DNA of 64,000 bases from Antedon mediterranea (lineage: Eukaryota; Animalia; Echinodermata). A model generated the notes under the pieces. It had not been told where the DNA came from, made no database searches, and saw only the letters and a list, made by a program, of their open reading frames with translations. This document shows positions 13,629-27,900 of the stretch, piece after piece. Where the stretch lies: positions 10,822,948-10,886,947 of the forward strand of contig NC_092673.1 in assembly GCF_964355755.1 (NCBI RefSeq), written 5' to 3'. Made by a program: the position numbers and the translations under genes. How positions within the stretch are numbered: position 1 is the stretch's first letter; every line of letters begins with the position of its first letter.

Positions 13629-16600
13629 AATAGTCTATTTATATGAAAAGAATGATCAATCAATGAAAAATAATGCCATGCAACTTTGTTTCTGATTTTT
13701 AAAAAGGTCCACTTGTTTAGGCCTGATATTTACAACCCTCAAAGTATCTCACTTTCAAAAACAATATTTATTTTCAAAAATCCCTAGAGGTTCGAACCCA
13801 CTACTGAGAAATTTTCAAAAATCCCTAGAGGTTCGAACCCACTACTGAGAGCACTCAAACCTGAGCATTGTCCGTTACGCCACCAACCAGTAGATGACTG
13901 AGGAGCTGATAATAGTCTATTTATATGAAATGAAAGATCAATCAATGAAAAATAATGCCATGCAACTTTGTTTCTGATTTTAAAAAAGGTCCACTTGTTT
14001 AGGCCTGACATTTACAACACTCAAAATATCTCACTTTCAAAAACAATATTTATTTTCAATTAAAAAAAAAGAAAGAAAAAAAATATTCGTAGAGGTTCGA
14101 ACCCACTACTGCGAGAACTCAAACCTGAGCACTACCGGTTACACCACAAACCAGTAGATGAGTGAAGAGCTGATAATAGTCTATTTATATGGAATAAATG
14201 ATCCATCAATGTAAAATGATGTTATGCAACTTTGTTTCTGATGTAAAAAAAGTCCACTTGGTTAGGCTTGACATTTAAAACCATAAAATATCTCACTTTC
14301 AAAAACAATATTTATTTTCAATTAAAAAAAAAGAAAGAAAAAAAATATTCGTAGAGGTTCAAACCCACTACTGCGAGAACTCAAACCTGAGCACTACCGG
14401 TTACGCCACAAACCAGTAGATGAGTGAAGAGCTGATAATAGTCTATTTATATGAAATGAATGATCCATCAATGTAAAATGATGTTATGCAACTTTGTTTC
14501 TGATTTTAAAAAAGGTCCACTTGGTTAGGCTTGACATTTAAAACCATAAAAATATCTCACTTTCAAAAACAATATTTATTTTCAAATAAAAAAAAGAAAG
14601 AAAAAAAATATCCCTAGAAGTTCGAACCCACTATTGAAATCGCTCAAACCTGAGCATTACCCGTTACGCCGCAAACCAGTAGATGACTGAGGAGCTGATA
14701 ATAGTCTATTTATATGAAATGGATGATCAATCAATGAAAAATAATGCCATGCAACTTTGTTTCTGATTTTAAAAAAGATCCACTTGTTTAGGCCTGACAT
14801 TTACAACACTCAAAATATCTCACTTTCAAAAACAATATTTATTTTCAATTAAAAAAAAAGAAATAAAAAAAATATTCGTAGAGGTTCGAACCCACTACTG
14901 CGAGAACTCAAACCTGAGCACTACCGGTTACACCACAAACCAGTAGATGAGTGAAGAGCTGATAATAGTCTATTTATATGGAATAAATGATCCATCAATG
15001 TAAAATGATGTTATGCAACTTTGTTTCTGATGTAAAAAAAGGTCCACTTGGTTAGGCTTGACATTTAAAACCATAAAAATATCTCACTTTCAAAAACAAT
15101 ATTTATTTTCAATTAAAAAAAAGAAAAAAAATATCCCTAGAAGTTCGAACCCACTATTGAAATCACTCAAACCTGAGCATTACCCGTTACGCCGCAAACC
15201 AGTATATGTCTGAAGAGCTGATAATAGTCTCTTTATATGAAATGGATGATCAATCAATGAAAAATAATGCCATGCAACTTTGTTTCTGATTTCAAAAAAG
15301 GTTCACTTGTTTAGGCCTGACAGTTGCAACCCTCAAAATATCTCACTTTCAAAAACAATATTTATTTTCAATTAAAAAAAAAGAAACAAAATCCCTAGAG
15401 GTTCGAACCCACTACTGAGAGCACTCAAGCCTGAGCATTATCCGTTACGCCACAAACCAGTAGATGACTGAGGAGCTGATAATAGTCTATTTATATGAAA
15501 TGAATGATCAATCAATGAAAAATAATGCCATGCAACTTTGTTTCTGATTTTAAAAAAGGTCCACTTGTTTAGACCTGACATTTACAACACTCAAAATATC
15601 TCACTTTCAAAAACAATATTTATTTTCAATTAAAAAAAAAGAAAGAATAAAAATTTTCGTAGATGTTCGAACCCACTACTGCGAGAACTCAAACCTGAGC
15701 ACTACGGGTTACGCCACAAACCAGTAGATGAATGAAGAGCTGATAATAGTCTATTTATATGAAATGAATGATCCATCAATGTAAAATGATGTTATGCAAC
15801 TTTGTTTCTGATTTTAAAAAAGGTCCACTTGGTTAGGCTTGACATTTAAAACCATAAAAAAATCTCACTTTCAAAAACAATATTTATTTTCAAACAATAA
15901 AAAAGCAATATCCCTAGAGGTTGGAACCCACTACTGAGAGCACTCAAACCTGGGTATTACCCGTTACGCCACAAACCAGTAGATAACTGAAGAGCTGATA
16001 ATAGTCTATTTATATGAAATTAATGATCAATCAATGAAAAATAATGCCATGCAACTTTGTTTCTGATTTTAAAAAAGGTTCGTTTGTTTAGGCCTGACAT
16101 TTACAACCCTCAAAATATCTCACTTTCAAAAAAAATATTCATTTTCAATTTTTAAAAAAAGAAAAGAAATATCCCTAGAGGTTCGAACCCACTACTGCGA
16201 GCACTCAAACTTGAGCATTACCCGTTACGCCTCAAACTCAAACCTGAGCACTACCGGTTAAGCCACAAACCAGTAGATGAGTGAAGAGCTGATAATAGTC
16301 TATTTATATGAAATAAATGATCCATCAATGTAAAATGATGTTATGCAACTTTGTTTCTGATTTAAAAAAAGGTCCACTTGGTTAGTCTTGACATTTAAAA
16401 CCATAAAAATATCTCACTTTCAAAAACAATATTTTTTTTCAAACAAAAAAAAAAGAAAAAAAATATTCCTAGAGGTTCGAACCCACTACTGAGAGAACTC
16501 AAACCTGAGCATTACCGGTTACGCCACAAACCAGTAGATGAGTGAAGAGCTGATAATAGTCTATTTATATGAAATGAATGATCCATCAATGTAAAATGAT

Positions 16601-18042
16601 GTTATGCAACTTTGTTTCTGATTTAAAAAAATGTCCACTTGGTTAGGATTGACATTTAAAACCATAAAAATATCTCACTTTCAAAAACAATATTTATATT
16701 CAAATAAAAAAAAAAGAAAAAAAATATCCCTAGAAGTTCGAACCCACTATTGAAATAACTCAAACCTGAGCATTACCCGTTACGCCGCAAACCAGTATAT
16801 GACTGAAGAGCTGATAATAGTCTATTTATATGAATGGATGATCAATCAATGAAAAATAATGCCATGCAACTTTGTTTCTGATTTTAAAAAAGGTTCACTT
16901 GTTTAGGCCTGACAGTTGCAACACTCAAAATATCTCACTTTCAAAAACAATATTTATTTTCAATTTAAAAAATAAGAAAAAAAATACCCGTATAGGTTCG
17001 AACCCACTACTGAGAGCACTCAAACCTGAGCATTACCCGTTACGCCGCAAACCAGTAGATGACTGAGGAGCTGATAATAGTGTATATATATGAAATGAAT
17101 GATCAATCAATGAAAAATAATGCCATGCAACTTTGTTTCTGATTTTAAAAAAGGTCCCCTTGTTTAGTCCTGACATTTACAACCCTCAAAATATCTCACT
17201 TTCAAAAACCATATTTATTTGCAATTGAAAAAAAAAGAAAAAAAATATCCCTAGAGGTTCGACCCACTACTCAGAGCACTCAAACCTGAGCATTACCCGT
17301 TACGCCACAAACCAGTAGATGACTGAAGAGCTGATAATAGTCTATTTATATGAAATGAATGATCAATCAATGAAAAATAATGCCATGCAACTTTGTTTCT
17401 GATTTTAAAAAAGATCCATTTTTTTAGGCCTGACATTCACAACCCTAAAAAATATCTCATTTTCAAAACAAATAGTTATTTTCAATAAGAAAAAAAAAAA
17501 CAATATCCCTAGAGGTTGGAACCCGCTACTGAGGGCACTCAAACCTGGGTACTACCCGTTACGCCACAAACCAGTAGATGACTGAAGAGCTGATAATACT
17601 CTATTTATATGAAATAAATAATAAATCAATGAAAAATAATGCCATGCAACTTTGTTTCTGATTTTAAAAAAGGTTCACTTGTTTAGGCCTGACAGTTGCA
17701 ACCCTCAAAATATCTCACTTTCAAAAACAATATTTATTTTCAATTTTTAAAAAAAATCCCTAGAGGTTCGAACCCACTACTGAGAGCACTCAAACCTGAG
17801 CATTATCCGTTACGCCACAAACCAGTAGATGACTGAGTAGCTGATAATAGTCTATTTATATGAAATGAATGATCAATCAATGAAAAATAATGCCATGCAA
17901 CTTTGTTTCTGATTTTAAAAAAGGTCCCCTTGTTTAGGCCTGACATTTACAAACCTCAAAATATCTCACTTTCAAAAACCATATTTATTTGCAATTGAAA
18001 AAAAAAGAAAAAAAATATCCCTAGAGGTTCGACCCACTACTC
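13629..18042 (-). repeat. Satellite D (~260-bp tRNA-derived unit), block 1; Pol III-like boxes on the minus strand
   Basis: GGTTCGAACC-type motif recurs about every 260 bp (14094, 14356, 14620, 14883...). Minus strand reads TGGCGTAACGG...GGGTTCGAACC followed by a T-run. Confidence 0.95.
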
Positions 18043-21000
18043 ACTATTATCAGCTCTTCAGTCATGTACTGGTTTGTGGCGTAACTGGTAATGCTCAGGT
18101 TTGAGTGCTCTCACTAATGGGTTCGAACCTATAAGGGTATTTTTTTTCTTTTTTTTTTAAATTGAAAATAAATATGGTTTTTGAAAGTGAGATATTTTGA
18201 GGGTTGCAACTGTCAGGCCTAAACAAGTGAACCTTTTTTTAAAATCAGAAACAAAGTTGCATGGCATTATTTTTCATTGATTGATCATTCATTTCATATA
18301 TATAGACTATTATCAGCTCCTCAGTCATCTACTGGTTTGTGGCGAAACGGGTAATGCTCAAGTTTGAGTGCTCTCACTATTGGGTTCGAACCTCTACGGA
18401 TAATTTTTTTTTTTCTTTTTTTAAATTGAAAATAAATATGGTTTTTGAAAGTGAGATATTTTGAGTGTTGTAAATGTCAGGCCTAAACAAGTGGACCTTT
18501 TTTAAAATCAGAAACAACGTTGCAGGGCATTATTTTTCATTGATTGATCATTCATTTCATATAAATAGACTATTATCAGCTCCTCAGTCATCTACTGGTT
18601 TGTGGCGTAACGGATAATGCTCAGGTTTGAGTGCTCTCAGTAGTGGGTTCGAACCTCTAGGGATTTTTTTTTTAAATTGAAAATAAATATTGTTTTTGAA
18701 AGTGAGATATTTTGAGGGTTGCAACTGTCAGGCCTAAACAAGTGAACCTTTTTTAAAATCAGAAACAAAGTTGCATGGCATTATTTTTCATTGATTTATT
18801 ATTTATTTCATATAAATAGAGTATTATCAGCTCTTCAGTTCTCTACTGGTTTGTGGCGTAACGGGTAATACCCAGGTTTGAGTGCCCTCAGTAGCGGGTT
18901 CCAACCTCTAGGGATATTGTTTTTTGTTTTATTGAAAATAACTATTTGTTTTGAAAATGAGATATTTTTTAGGGTTGTGAATGTCAGGCCTAAAAAAATG
19001 GATCTTTTTTAAAATCAGAAACAAAGTTGCATGGCATTATTTTTCATTGATTGATCATTCATTTCATATAAATAGACTATTATCAGCTCTTCAGTCATCT
19101 ACTGGTTTGTGGCGTAACGGATAATGCTCAGGTTTGAGTGCTCTCAGTAGTGGGTTCGAACCTCTAGGGATTTTTTTTTTAAATTGAAAATAAATATTGT
19201 TTTTGAAAGTGAGATATTTTGAGGGTTGCAACTGTCAGGCCTAAACAAGTGAACCTTTTTTAAAATCAGAAACAAAGTTGCATGGCATTATTTTTCATTG
19301 ATTTATTATTTATTTCATATAAATAGAGTATTATCAGCTCTTCAGTAATCTACTGGTTTGTGGCGTAACGGGTAATACCCAGGTTTGAGTGCCCTCAGTA
19401 GCGGGTTCCAACCTCTAGGGATATTGTTTTTTTTTTTATTGAAAATAACTATTTGTTTTGAAAATGAGATATTTTTTAGGGTTGTGAATGTCAGGCCTAA
19501 AAAAATGGATCTTTTTTAAAATCAGAAACAAAGTTGCATGGCATTATTTTTCATTGATTGATCATTCATTTCATATAAATAGACTATTATCAGCTCTTCA
19601 GTCATCTACTGGTTTGTGGCGTAACAGGAAATGCTCAGGTTTGAGTGCTCTGAGTAGTGGGTCGAACCTCTAGGGATATTTTTTTTCTTTTTTTTTCAAT
19701 TGCAAATAAATATGGTTTTTGAAAGTGAGATATTTTGAGGGTTGTAAATGTCAGGCCTAAACAAGGGGACCTTTTTTAAAATCAGAAACAAAGTTGCATG
19801 GCATTATTTTTCATTGATTGATCATTCATTTCATATATATACACTATTATCAGCTCCTCAGTCATCTACTGGTTTGCGGCGTAACGGGTAATGCTCAGGT
19901 TTGAGTGCTCTCAGTAGTGGGTTCGAACCTATACGGGTATTTTTTTTTTTTTTTTTTTTTAATTGAAAATAAATATTGTTTTTGAAAGTGAGATATTTTG
20001 AGTGTTGCAACTGTCAGGCCTAAACAAGTGAACCTTTTTTAAAATCAGAAACAAAGTTGCATGGCATTATTTTTCATTGATTGATCATCCATTCATATAA
20101 ATAGACTATTATCAGCTCTTCAGTCATATACTGGTTTGCGGCGTAACGGGTAATGCTCAGGTTTGAGTTATTTCAATAGTGGGTTCGAACTTCTAGGGAT
20201 ATTTTTTTTCTTTTTTTTTTAATTTGAAAATAAATATTGTTTTTGAAAGTGAGATATTTTTATGGTTTTAAATGTCAATCCTAACCAAGTGGACATTTTT
20301 TTAAATCAGAAACAAAGTTACATAACATCATTTTACATTGATGGATCATTCATTTCATATAAATAGACTATTATCAGCTCTTCACTCATCTACTGGTTTG
20401 TGGCGTAACCGGTAATGCTCAGGTTTGAGTTCTCTCAGTAGTGGGTTCGAACCTCTAGGAATATTTTTTTTCTTTTTTTTTTGTTTGAAAATAAATATTG
20501 TTTTTGAAAGTGAGATATTTTTATGGTTTTAAATGTCAAGACTAACCAAGTGGACCTTTTTTTAAATCAGAAACAAAGTTGCATAACATCATTTTACATT
20601 GATGGATCATTTATTTCATATAAATAGACTATTATCAGCTCTTCACTCATCTACTGGTTTGTGGCGTAACCGGTTGTGCTCAGGTTTGAGTTCTCGCAGT
20701 TGGTGGGTACGAACCTCTAGGAATTTTTTTTTCTTTTTTTTTAATTGAAAATAAATATTGTTTTTGAAAGTGAGATATTTTGAGTGTTGTTTGCGGCGTA
20801 ACGGGTAATGCTCAGGTTTGAGTTATTTCAATAGTGGGTTCGAACTTCTAGGGATATTTTTTTTCTTTTTTTTTTTATTTGAAAATAAATATTGTTTTTG
20901 AAAGTGAGATATTTTTATGGTTTTAAATGTCAATCCTAACCAAGTGGACATTTTTTTAAATCAGAAACAAAGTTACATAACATCATTTTACATTGATGGA

Positions 21001-21920
21001 TCATTCATTTCATATAAATAGACTATTATCAGCTCTTCACTCATCTACTGGTTTGTGGCGTAACCGGTAATGCTCAGGTTTGAGTTCTCTCAGTAGTGGG
21101 TTCGAACCTCTAGGAATATTTTTTTTCTTTTTTTTTTGTTTGAAAATAAATATTGTTTTTGAAAGTGAGATATTTTTATGGTTTTAAATGTCAAGACTAA
21201 CCAAGTGGACCTTTTTTTAAATCAGAAACAAAGTTGCATAACATCATTTTACATTGATGGATCATTTATTTCATATAAATAGACTATTATCAGCTCTTCA
21301 CTCATCTACTGGTTTGTGGCGTAACCGGTTGTGCTCAGGTTTGAGTTCTTGCAGTTGGTGGGTACGAACCTCTAGGAATTTTTTTTTTCTTTTTTTTTAA
21401 TTGAAAATAAATATTGTTTTTGAAAATGAGATATTTTGAGTGTTGTAAATGTCAGGCCTAAACAAGTGGACCTTTTTTAAAATCAGAAACAAAGTTGCAT
21501 GGCATTATTTTTCATTGATTGATCATTTATTTCATATATATACACTATTATCAGCTCCTCAGTCATCTACTGGTTTTTGGCGTAACGGGTAATGCTCAGG
21601 TTTGAGTGCTCTCAGTAGTGGGTTCGAACCTATACGGATATTTTTTTAATTTTTTTTTTAATTGAAAATAAATATTGTTTTTGAAAGTGAGATATTTTGA
21701 GGGTTGCAACTGTCAGGCCTAAACAAGTGAACCTTTTTTAAAATCAGAAACAAAGTTGCATGGCATTATTTTTCATTGATTGATCATCCATTCATATAAA
21801 TAGAATATTATCTGCTCTTCAGTCATATACTGGTTTGCGGCGTAACGGGTAATGCTCAGGTTTGAGTGATTTCAATAGTGGGTTCGAACTTCTAGGGAAA
21901 TTTTTTTTTATTTTTTTTTT
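18043..21920 (+). repeat. Satellite D, inverted block; Pol III-like boxes on the plus strand
   Basis: Orientation flips at ...GACCCACTACTC|ACTATTATCAGCTC (~18043) and flips back near 21921. Confidence 0.95.
19067..19180 (+). promoter_or_regulatory. Representative Pol III-like unit of satellite D: TATA, A-box, B-box, oligo-T
   Basis: TATAAATA 19067-19074; TGGCGTAACGG 19110-19120; GGTTCGAACC 19153-19162; T-run from 19171. A/B spacing is essentially that of a tRNA gene. Confidence 0.6.
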
Positions 21921-24900
21921 TCACTTTCAAAACAAATATTTATTTTCAAATAAAAAAAAAGAAAAAAAAAATTCCTAGAGGTTCGTACCCACTACTGAGA
22001 GACCTCAAACCTGAGCATTACCGGTTACGCCACAAACCAGTAGAAGAGTGAAGGGCTGATATTAGTCTATTTATATGAAATGAATGATCCATTAATGTAA
22101 AATGATGTTATGCAACTTTGTTTCTGATTTTAAAAAAGGTCCACTTGGTTAGGCTTCACATTTAAAACCACAAAAATATCTCACTTTCAAAAACAATATT
22201 TATTTTCAAATAAAAAAAAAATAAAAAAAATATCCCTAGAAGTTCGAACCCACTATTGAAATCACTCAAACCTGAGCATTACCAGTTACGCCGCAAACCA
22301 GTATATGACTGAACAGCTGATAATAGTCTATTTATATGAATGGATGATCAATCAATGAAAAATAATGCCATGCAACCTTGTTTCTGATTTTAAAAAAGGT
22401 TCACTTGTTTGGGCCTGACAGTTGCAACCCTCAAAATATCTCACTTTCAAAAACAATATTTATTTTCAATTAAAAAAAAAATAAAAAAAATACCCGTATA
22501 GTTTCGAACCCACTACTGAGAGCACTCAAACCTGAGCATTACCCGTTACGCCACTAACCAGTAGATGACTGAGGAGCTGATAATTGTGTATATATATGAA
22601 ATAAATGATTAATCAATGAAAAATAATGCCATGCAACTTTGTTTCTGATTTTAAAAAAGGTCCACTTGTTTAGGCCTGACATTTACAACCCTCACAATAT
22701 CTCACTTTCACAAACCAAATTTATTTGCAATTGAAAAAAAAAAGACTGAGGAGCTGATAATAGTCTATATATATGAAATGAATGATCAATCAATGAAAAA
22801 TAATGCCATACAACTTTGTTTCTGACTTTAAAAAAGGTTCACTTGTTTAGGCCTGAAAGTTGCAACCCTCAAAATATCTCACTTTCAAAAACCATATTTA
22901 TTTTCAATTTAAAAAAAAAAAGAAAAAAAATACCCTTATAGGTTCGAACCCACTACTGATAGCACTCAAACCTGAGCATTACCAGTTACGCCACAAACCA
23001 GTACATGACTGAAGAGCTGATAATAGTCTATTTATATGAAATGAATGATCAATCAATGAAAAATAATGCCATGCAACTTTGTTTCTGATTTTAAAAAAGG
23101 TCCACTTGTTTTGGCCTGACATTTACAACACTCAAAATATCTCACTTTCAAAAACAATATTATTTTCAATTTAAAAAAAGAAAGAAAAAAAATATTCCTA
23201 GAGGTTCGAACCCACTACTGCGAGAACTCAAACCTGAGCACTACCGGTTTCGCCACAAACCAGTAGATGAGTGAAGAGCTGATAATAGTCTATTTATATG
23301 AAATGAATGATCAATCAATGTAAAATGATGTTATGCAACTTTGTTTCTGATTTTAAAAATGGTCCACTTGGTTAGGCTTGACATTTAAAACCATAAAAAT
23401 ATCTCACTTTCAAAAACAATATTTATTTTCAAAAAAAAAAAAAAGAAAAAAAAATTCTTAGAGGTTCGTACCCACTACTGAGAGAACTCAAACCTGAGCA
23501 TTACCGGTTACGCCACAAACCAGTAGAAGAGTGAAGGGCTGATATTAGTCTATTTATATGAAATGAATGATCCATCAATGTAAAATGATGTTATGCAACT
23601 TTGTTTCTGATTTTAAAAAAGGTCCACTTGGTTAGGCTTCACATTTAAAACCATAAAAATATCTCACTTTCAAAAACAATATTTATTTTCAAATAAAAAA
23701 AAAATTAAAAAAATATCCCTAGAAGTTCGAACCCACTATTGAAATCACGCAAACCTGAGCATTACTCGTTACGCCGCAAACCAGTATATGACTGAAGAGC
23801 TGATAATAGTCTATTTATATGAAACGGATGATAAATCAATGAAAAATAATGCCATGCAACTTTGTTTCTGATTTCAAAAAAGGTTCACTTGTTTAGGCCT
23901 GACAGTTGCAACCCTCAAAATATCTCACTTTCAAAAACAATATTTATTTTCATTTAAAAAAAAAAGAAAAAAAATACCCTTATAGGTTCGAACCCACTAC
24001 TGAGAGCACTCAAACCTGAGCATTACCCGTTACGCCACAAACCAGTAGATGACTGAGGAGCTGATAATAGTCTATATATATGAAATAAATGATCAATCAA
24101 TGAAAAATAATGCCATGCAACTTTGTTTCTGATTTTAAAAAAGGTTCACTTGTTTAGGCCTGACAGTTGCAACCCTCAAAATATCTCACTTTCAAAAACC
24201 ATATTTATTTTCAATTTAAAAAAAAAAAGAAAAAAAATATCCCTAGAGGTTCGACCCACTACTCAGAGCACTCAAACCTGAGCATTACCCGTTACGCCAC
24301 AAACCAGTAGATGGCTGTAGAGCTGATAATAGTCTATTTATATGAAATGAATGATCAATAAATGAAAAATAATGCCATGCAACTTTGTTTCTGATTTTAA
24401 AAAAGATCCATTTGTTTAGGCCTGACATTCACAACACTCAAAAATATCTCATTTTCAAAAAAAATATTTATTTTCAATAAGAAAAAAAAAAGCAATATCC
24501 CTAGAAGTTGGAACCCGCTACTGAGAGCACTCAAACCTGGGTATTACCCGTTACGCCACAAACCAGTAGATGACTGAAGAGCTGATAATACACTATTTAT
24601 ATGAAATAAATAATAAATCAATGAAAAATAATGCCATGCAACTTTGTTTCTGATTTTAAAAAAGGTCCACTTGGTTAGGCTTGACATTTAAAACCATAAA
24701 AATATCTCACTTTCAAAAACAATATTTATTTTCAAATAAAAAAAATAAGAAAAAAAAAATTCTTAGAGGTTCGTACCCACTACTGAGAGAACTCAAACCG
24801 GAGCATTACCGGTTACGCCACAAACCAGTAGAAGAGTGAAGGGCTGATATTAGTCTATTTATATGAAATGAATGATCCATCAATGTAAAATGATGTTATG

Positions 24901-27900
24901 CAACTTTGTTTCTGATTTTAAAAAAGGTCCACTTGGTTAGGCTTCACATTTAAAACCATAAAAATATCTCACTTTCAAAAACAATATTTATTTTCAAATA
25001 AAAAAAAAATTAAAAAAATATCCCTAGAAGTTCGAACCCACTATTGAAATCACGCAAACCTGAGCATTACCCGTTACGCCGCAAACCAGTATATGACTGA
25101 AGAGCTGATAATAGTCTATTTATATGAAACGGATGATAAATCAATGAAAAATAATGCCATGCAACTTTGTTTCTGATTTCAAAAAAGGTTCACTTGTTTA
25201 GGCCTGACAGTTGCAACCCTCAAAATATCTCACTTTCAAAAACAATATTTATTTTCATTTAAAAAAAAAGAAAAAAAATACCCTTATAGGTTCGAACCCA
25301 CTACTGAGAGCACTCAAACCTGAGCATTACCCGTTACGCCACAAACCAGTAGATGACTGAGGAGCTGATAATAGTCTATATATATGAAATAAATGATCAA
25401 TCAATGAAAAATAATGCCATGCAACTTTGTTTCTGATTTTAAAAAAGGTTCACTTGTTTAGGCCTGACAGTTGCAACCCTCAAAATATCTCACTTTCAAA
25501 AACCATATTTATTTTCAATTTAAAAAAAAGAAAGAAAAAAAATATCCCTAGAGGTTCGACCCACTACTCAGAGCACTCAAACCTGAGCATTACCCGTTAC
25601 GCCACAAACCAGTAGATGGCTGTAGAGCTGATAATAGTCTATTTATATGAAATGAATGATCAATAAATGAAAAATAATGCCATGCAACTTTGTTTCTGAT
25701 TTTAAAAAAGATCCATTTGTTTAGGCCTGACATTCACAACACTCAAAAATATCTCATTTTCAAAAAAAATATTTATTTTCAATAAGAAAAAAAAAAGCAA
25801 TATCCCTAGAGGTTGGAACCCGCTACTGAGAGCACTCAAACCTGGGTATTACCCGTTACGCCACAAACCAGTAGATGACTGAAGAGCTGATAATACACTA
25901 TTTATATGAAATAAATAATAAATCAATGAAAAATAATGCCATGCAACTTTGTTTCTGATTTTAAAAAAGGTCCACTTGTTTAGGCCTGATATTTACAACC
26001 CTCAAAATATCTCACTTTCAAAAACAATATTTATTTTCAATTTAAAAAAAAATCCCTAGAGGTTCGAACCCACTACTGAGAGCACTCAAACCTGAGCATT
26101 ATCCGTTACGCCACAAACCAGTAGATGACTGAGGAGCTGATAATAGTCTATTTATATGAAATGAATGATCAATCAATGAAAAATAATGCCCTGCACCTTT
26201 GTTTCTGATTTTAAAAAAGGTCCACTTGTTTAGGCCTGACATTTACAACACTCAAAATATCTCACTTTCAAAAACAATATTTATTTTCAATTAAAAAAAA
26301 AGAAAGAAAAAAAATATTCGTAGAGGTTCGAACCCACTACTGCGAGAACGCAAACCTGAGCACTACCGCTTACGCCACAAACCAGTAGATGAGTGAAGAG
26401 CTGATAATAGTCTATTTATATCAAATGAATGATCCATCAATGTAAAATGATGTTATGCAACTTTGTTTCTGATTTAAAAAAAGGTCCACTTGGTTAGGCT
26501 TGACATTTAAAACCATAAAAATATCTTACTTTCAAAAACAATATTTATTTTCAAATAAAAAAAAAGAAAAAAAATATCCCTAGAAGTTCGAACCCGCTAT
26601 TGAAATCACTCAAACCTGAGAATTACCCGTTACGCCGCAAACCAGTATATGACTGAAGAGCTGATAATAGTCTATTTATATGAAATAAATAATAAATCAA
26701 TGAAAAATAATGCCATGCAACTTTGTTTCTGATTTTAAAAAAGGTCCACTTGTTTAGGCCTGATATTTACAACCCTCAAAATATCTCACTTTCAAAAACA
26801 ATATTTATTTTCAATTTAAAAAAAAAAATCGCTAGAGGTTCGAACCCACTACTGAGAGCACTCAAACCTTAGATTTATCCGTTACGCCACAAACCAGTAG
26901 ATGACTGAGGAGCTGATAATAGTCTATATATATGAAATGAATGATCAATCAATGAAAAATAATGCCATGCAACTTTGTTTCTGATTTTAAAAAAGTTCCA
27001 CTATTTTAGGCCTGACATTTACCACCCTCAAAATATCTCACTTTCAAAAACCATATTTATTTTCAATTTAAAAAAAAAAAGAAAAAAAATATCCGTAGAG
27101 GTTCGACCTACTACTCAGAGCACTCAAACCTGAGCATTACCCGTTACGCCACAAACCAGTAGATGACTGAAAAGCTGATAATAGTCTATTTATATGAAAT
27201 GAATGATCAATCAATGAAAAATAATGCCATGCAACTTTGTTTCTGATTTAAAAAAAGATCCATTTGTTTAGGCCTGACATTCACAACTATTAAAAATATC
27301 TCATTTTCAAAAAAAATATTTATTTTCAATAAGAAAAAAAAAGCAATATCCCTAGAGGTTGGAACCCGCTACTGAGAGCACTCAAACCTGGGTATTACCC
27401 GTTACGCCACAAACCAGTAGATAACTGAAGAGCTGATAATAGTCTATTTATATGAAATTAATGATCAATCAATTAAAAATAATGCCATGCAACTTTGTTT
27501 CTGATTTTAAAAAAGGTTCATTTGTTTAGGCCTGACATTTACAACCCTCAAAATATCTCACTTTCAAAAAAAAATATTTATTTTCAATTTAAAAAAGAAA
27601 GAAAAGAAATATCCCTAGAGGTTCGAACCCACTACTGCGAGCACTCAAACTTGAGCATTACCCGTTACGCCTCAAACCAGTAGATGACTGAAGAGCTGAT
27701 AATACTCTATTTATATGAAATGAATAATAAATCAATGAAAAATAATGCCTTGCAACTTTGTTTCTGATTTTAAAAAAGGTTCACTTGTTTAGGCCTGACA
27801 TTTACAACCCTCAAAATATCTTTCTTTCAAAAACAATATTTATTTTAAATTTAAAAAAAAAAAAAAAAATATTCGTAGAGGTTCGAACCCACTAGTGAGA

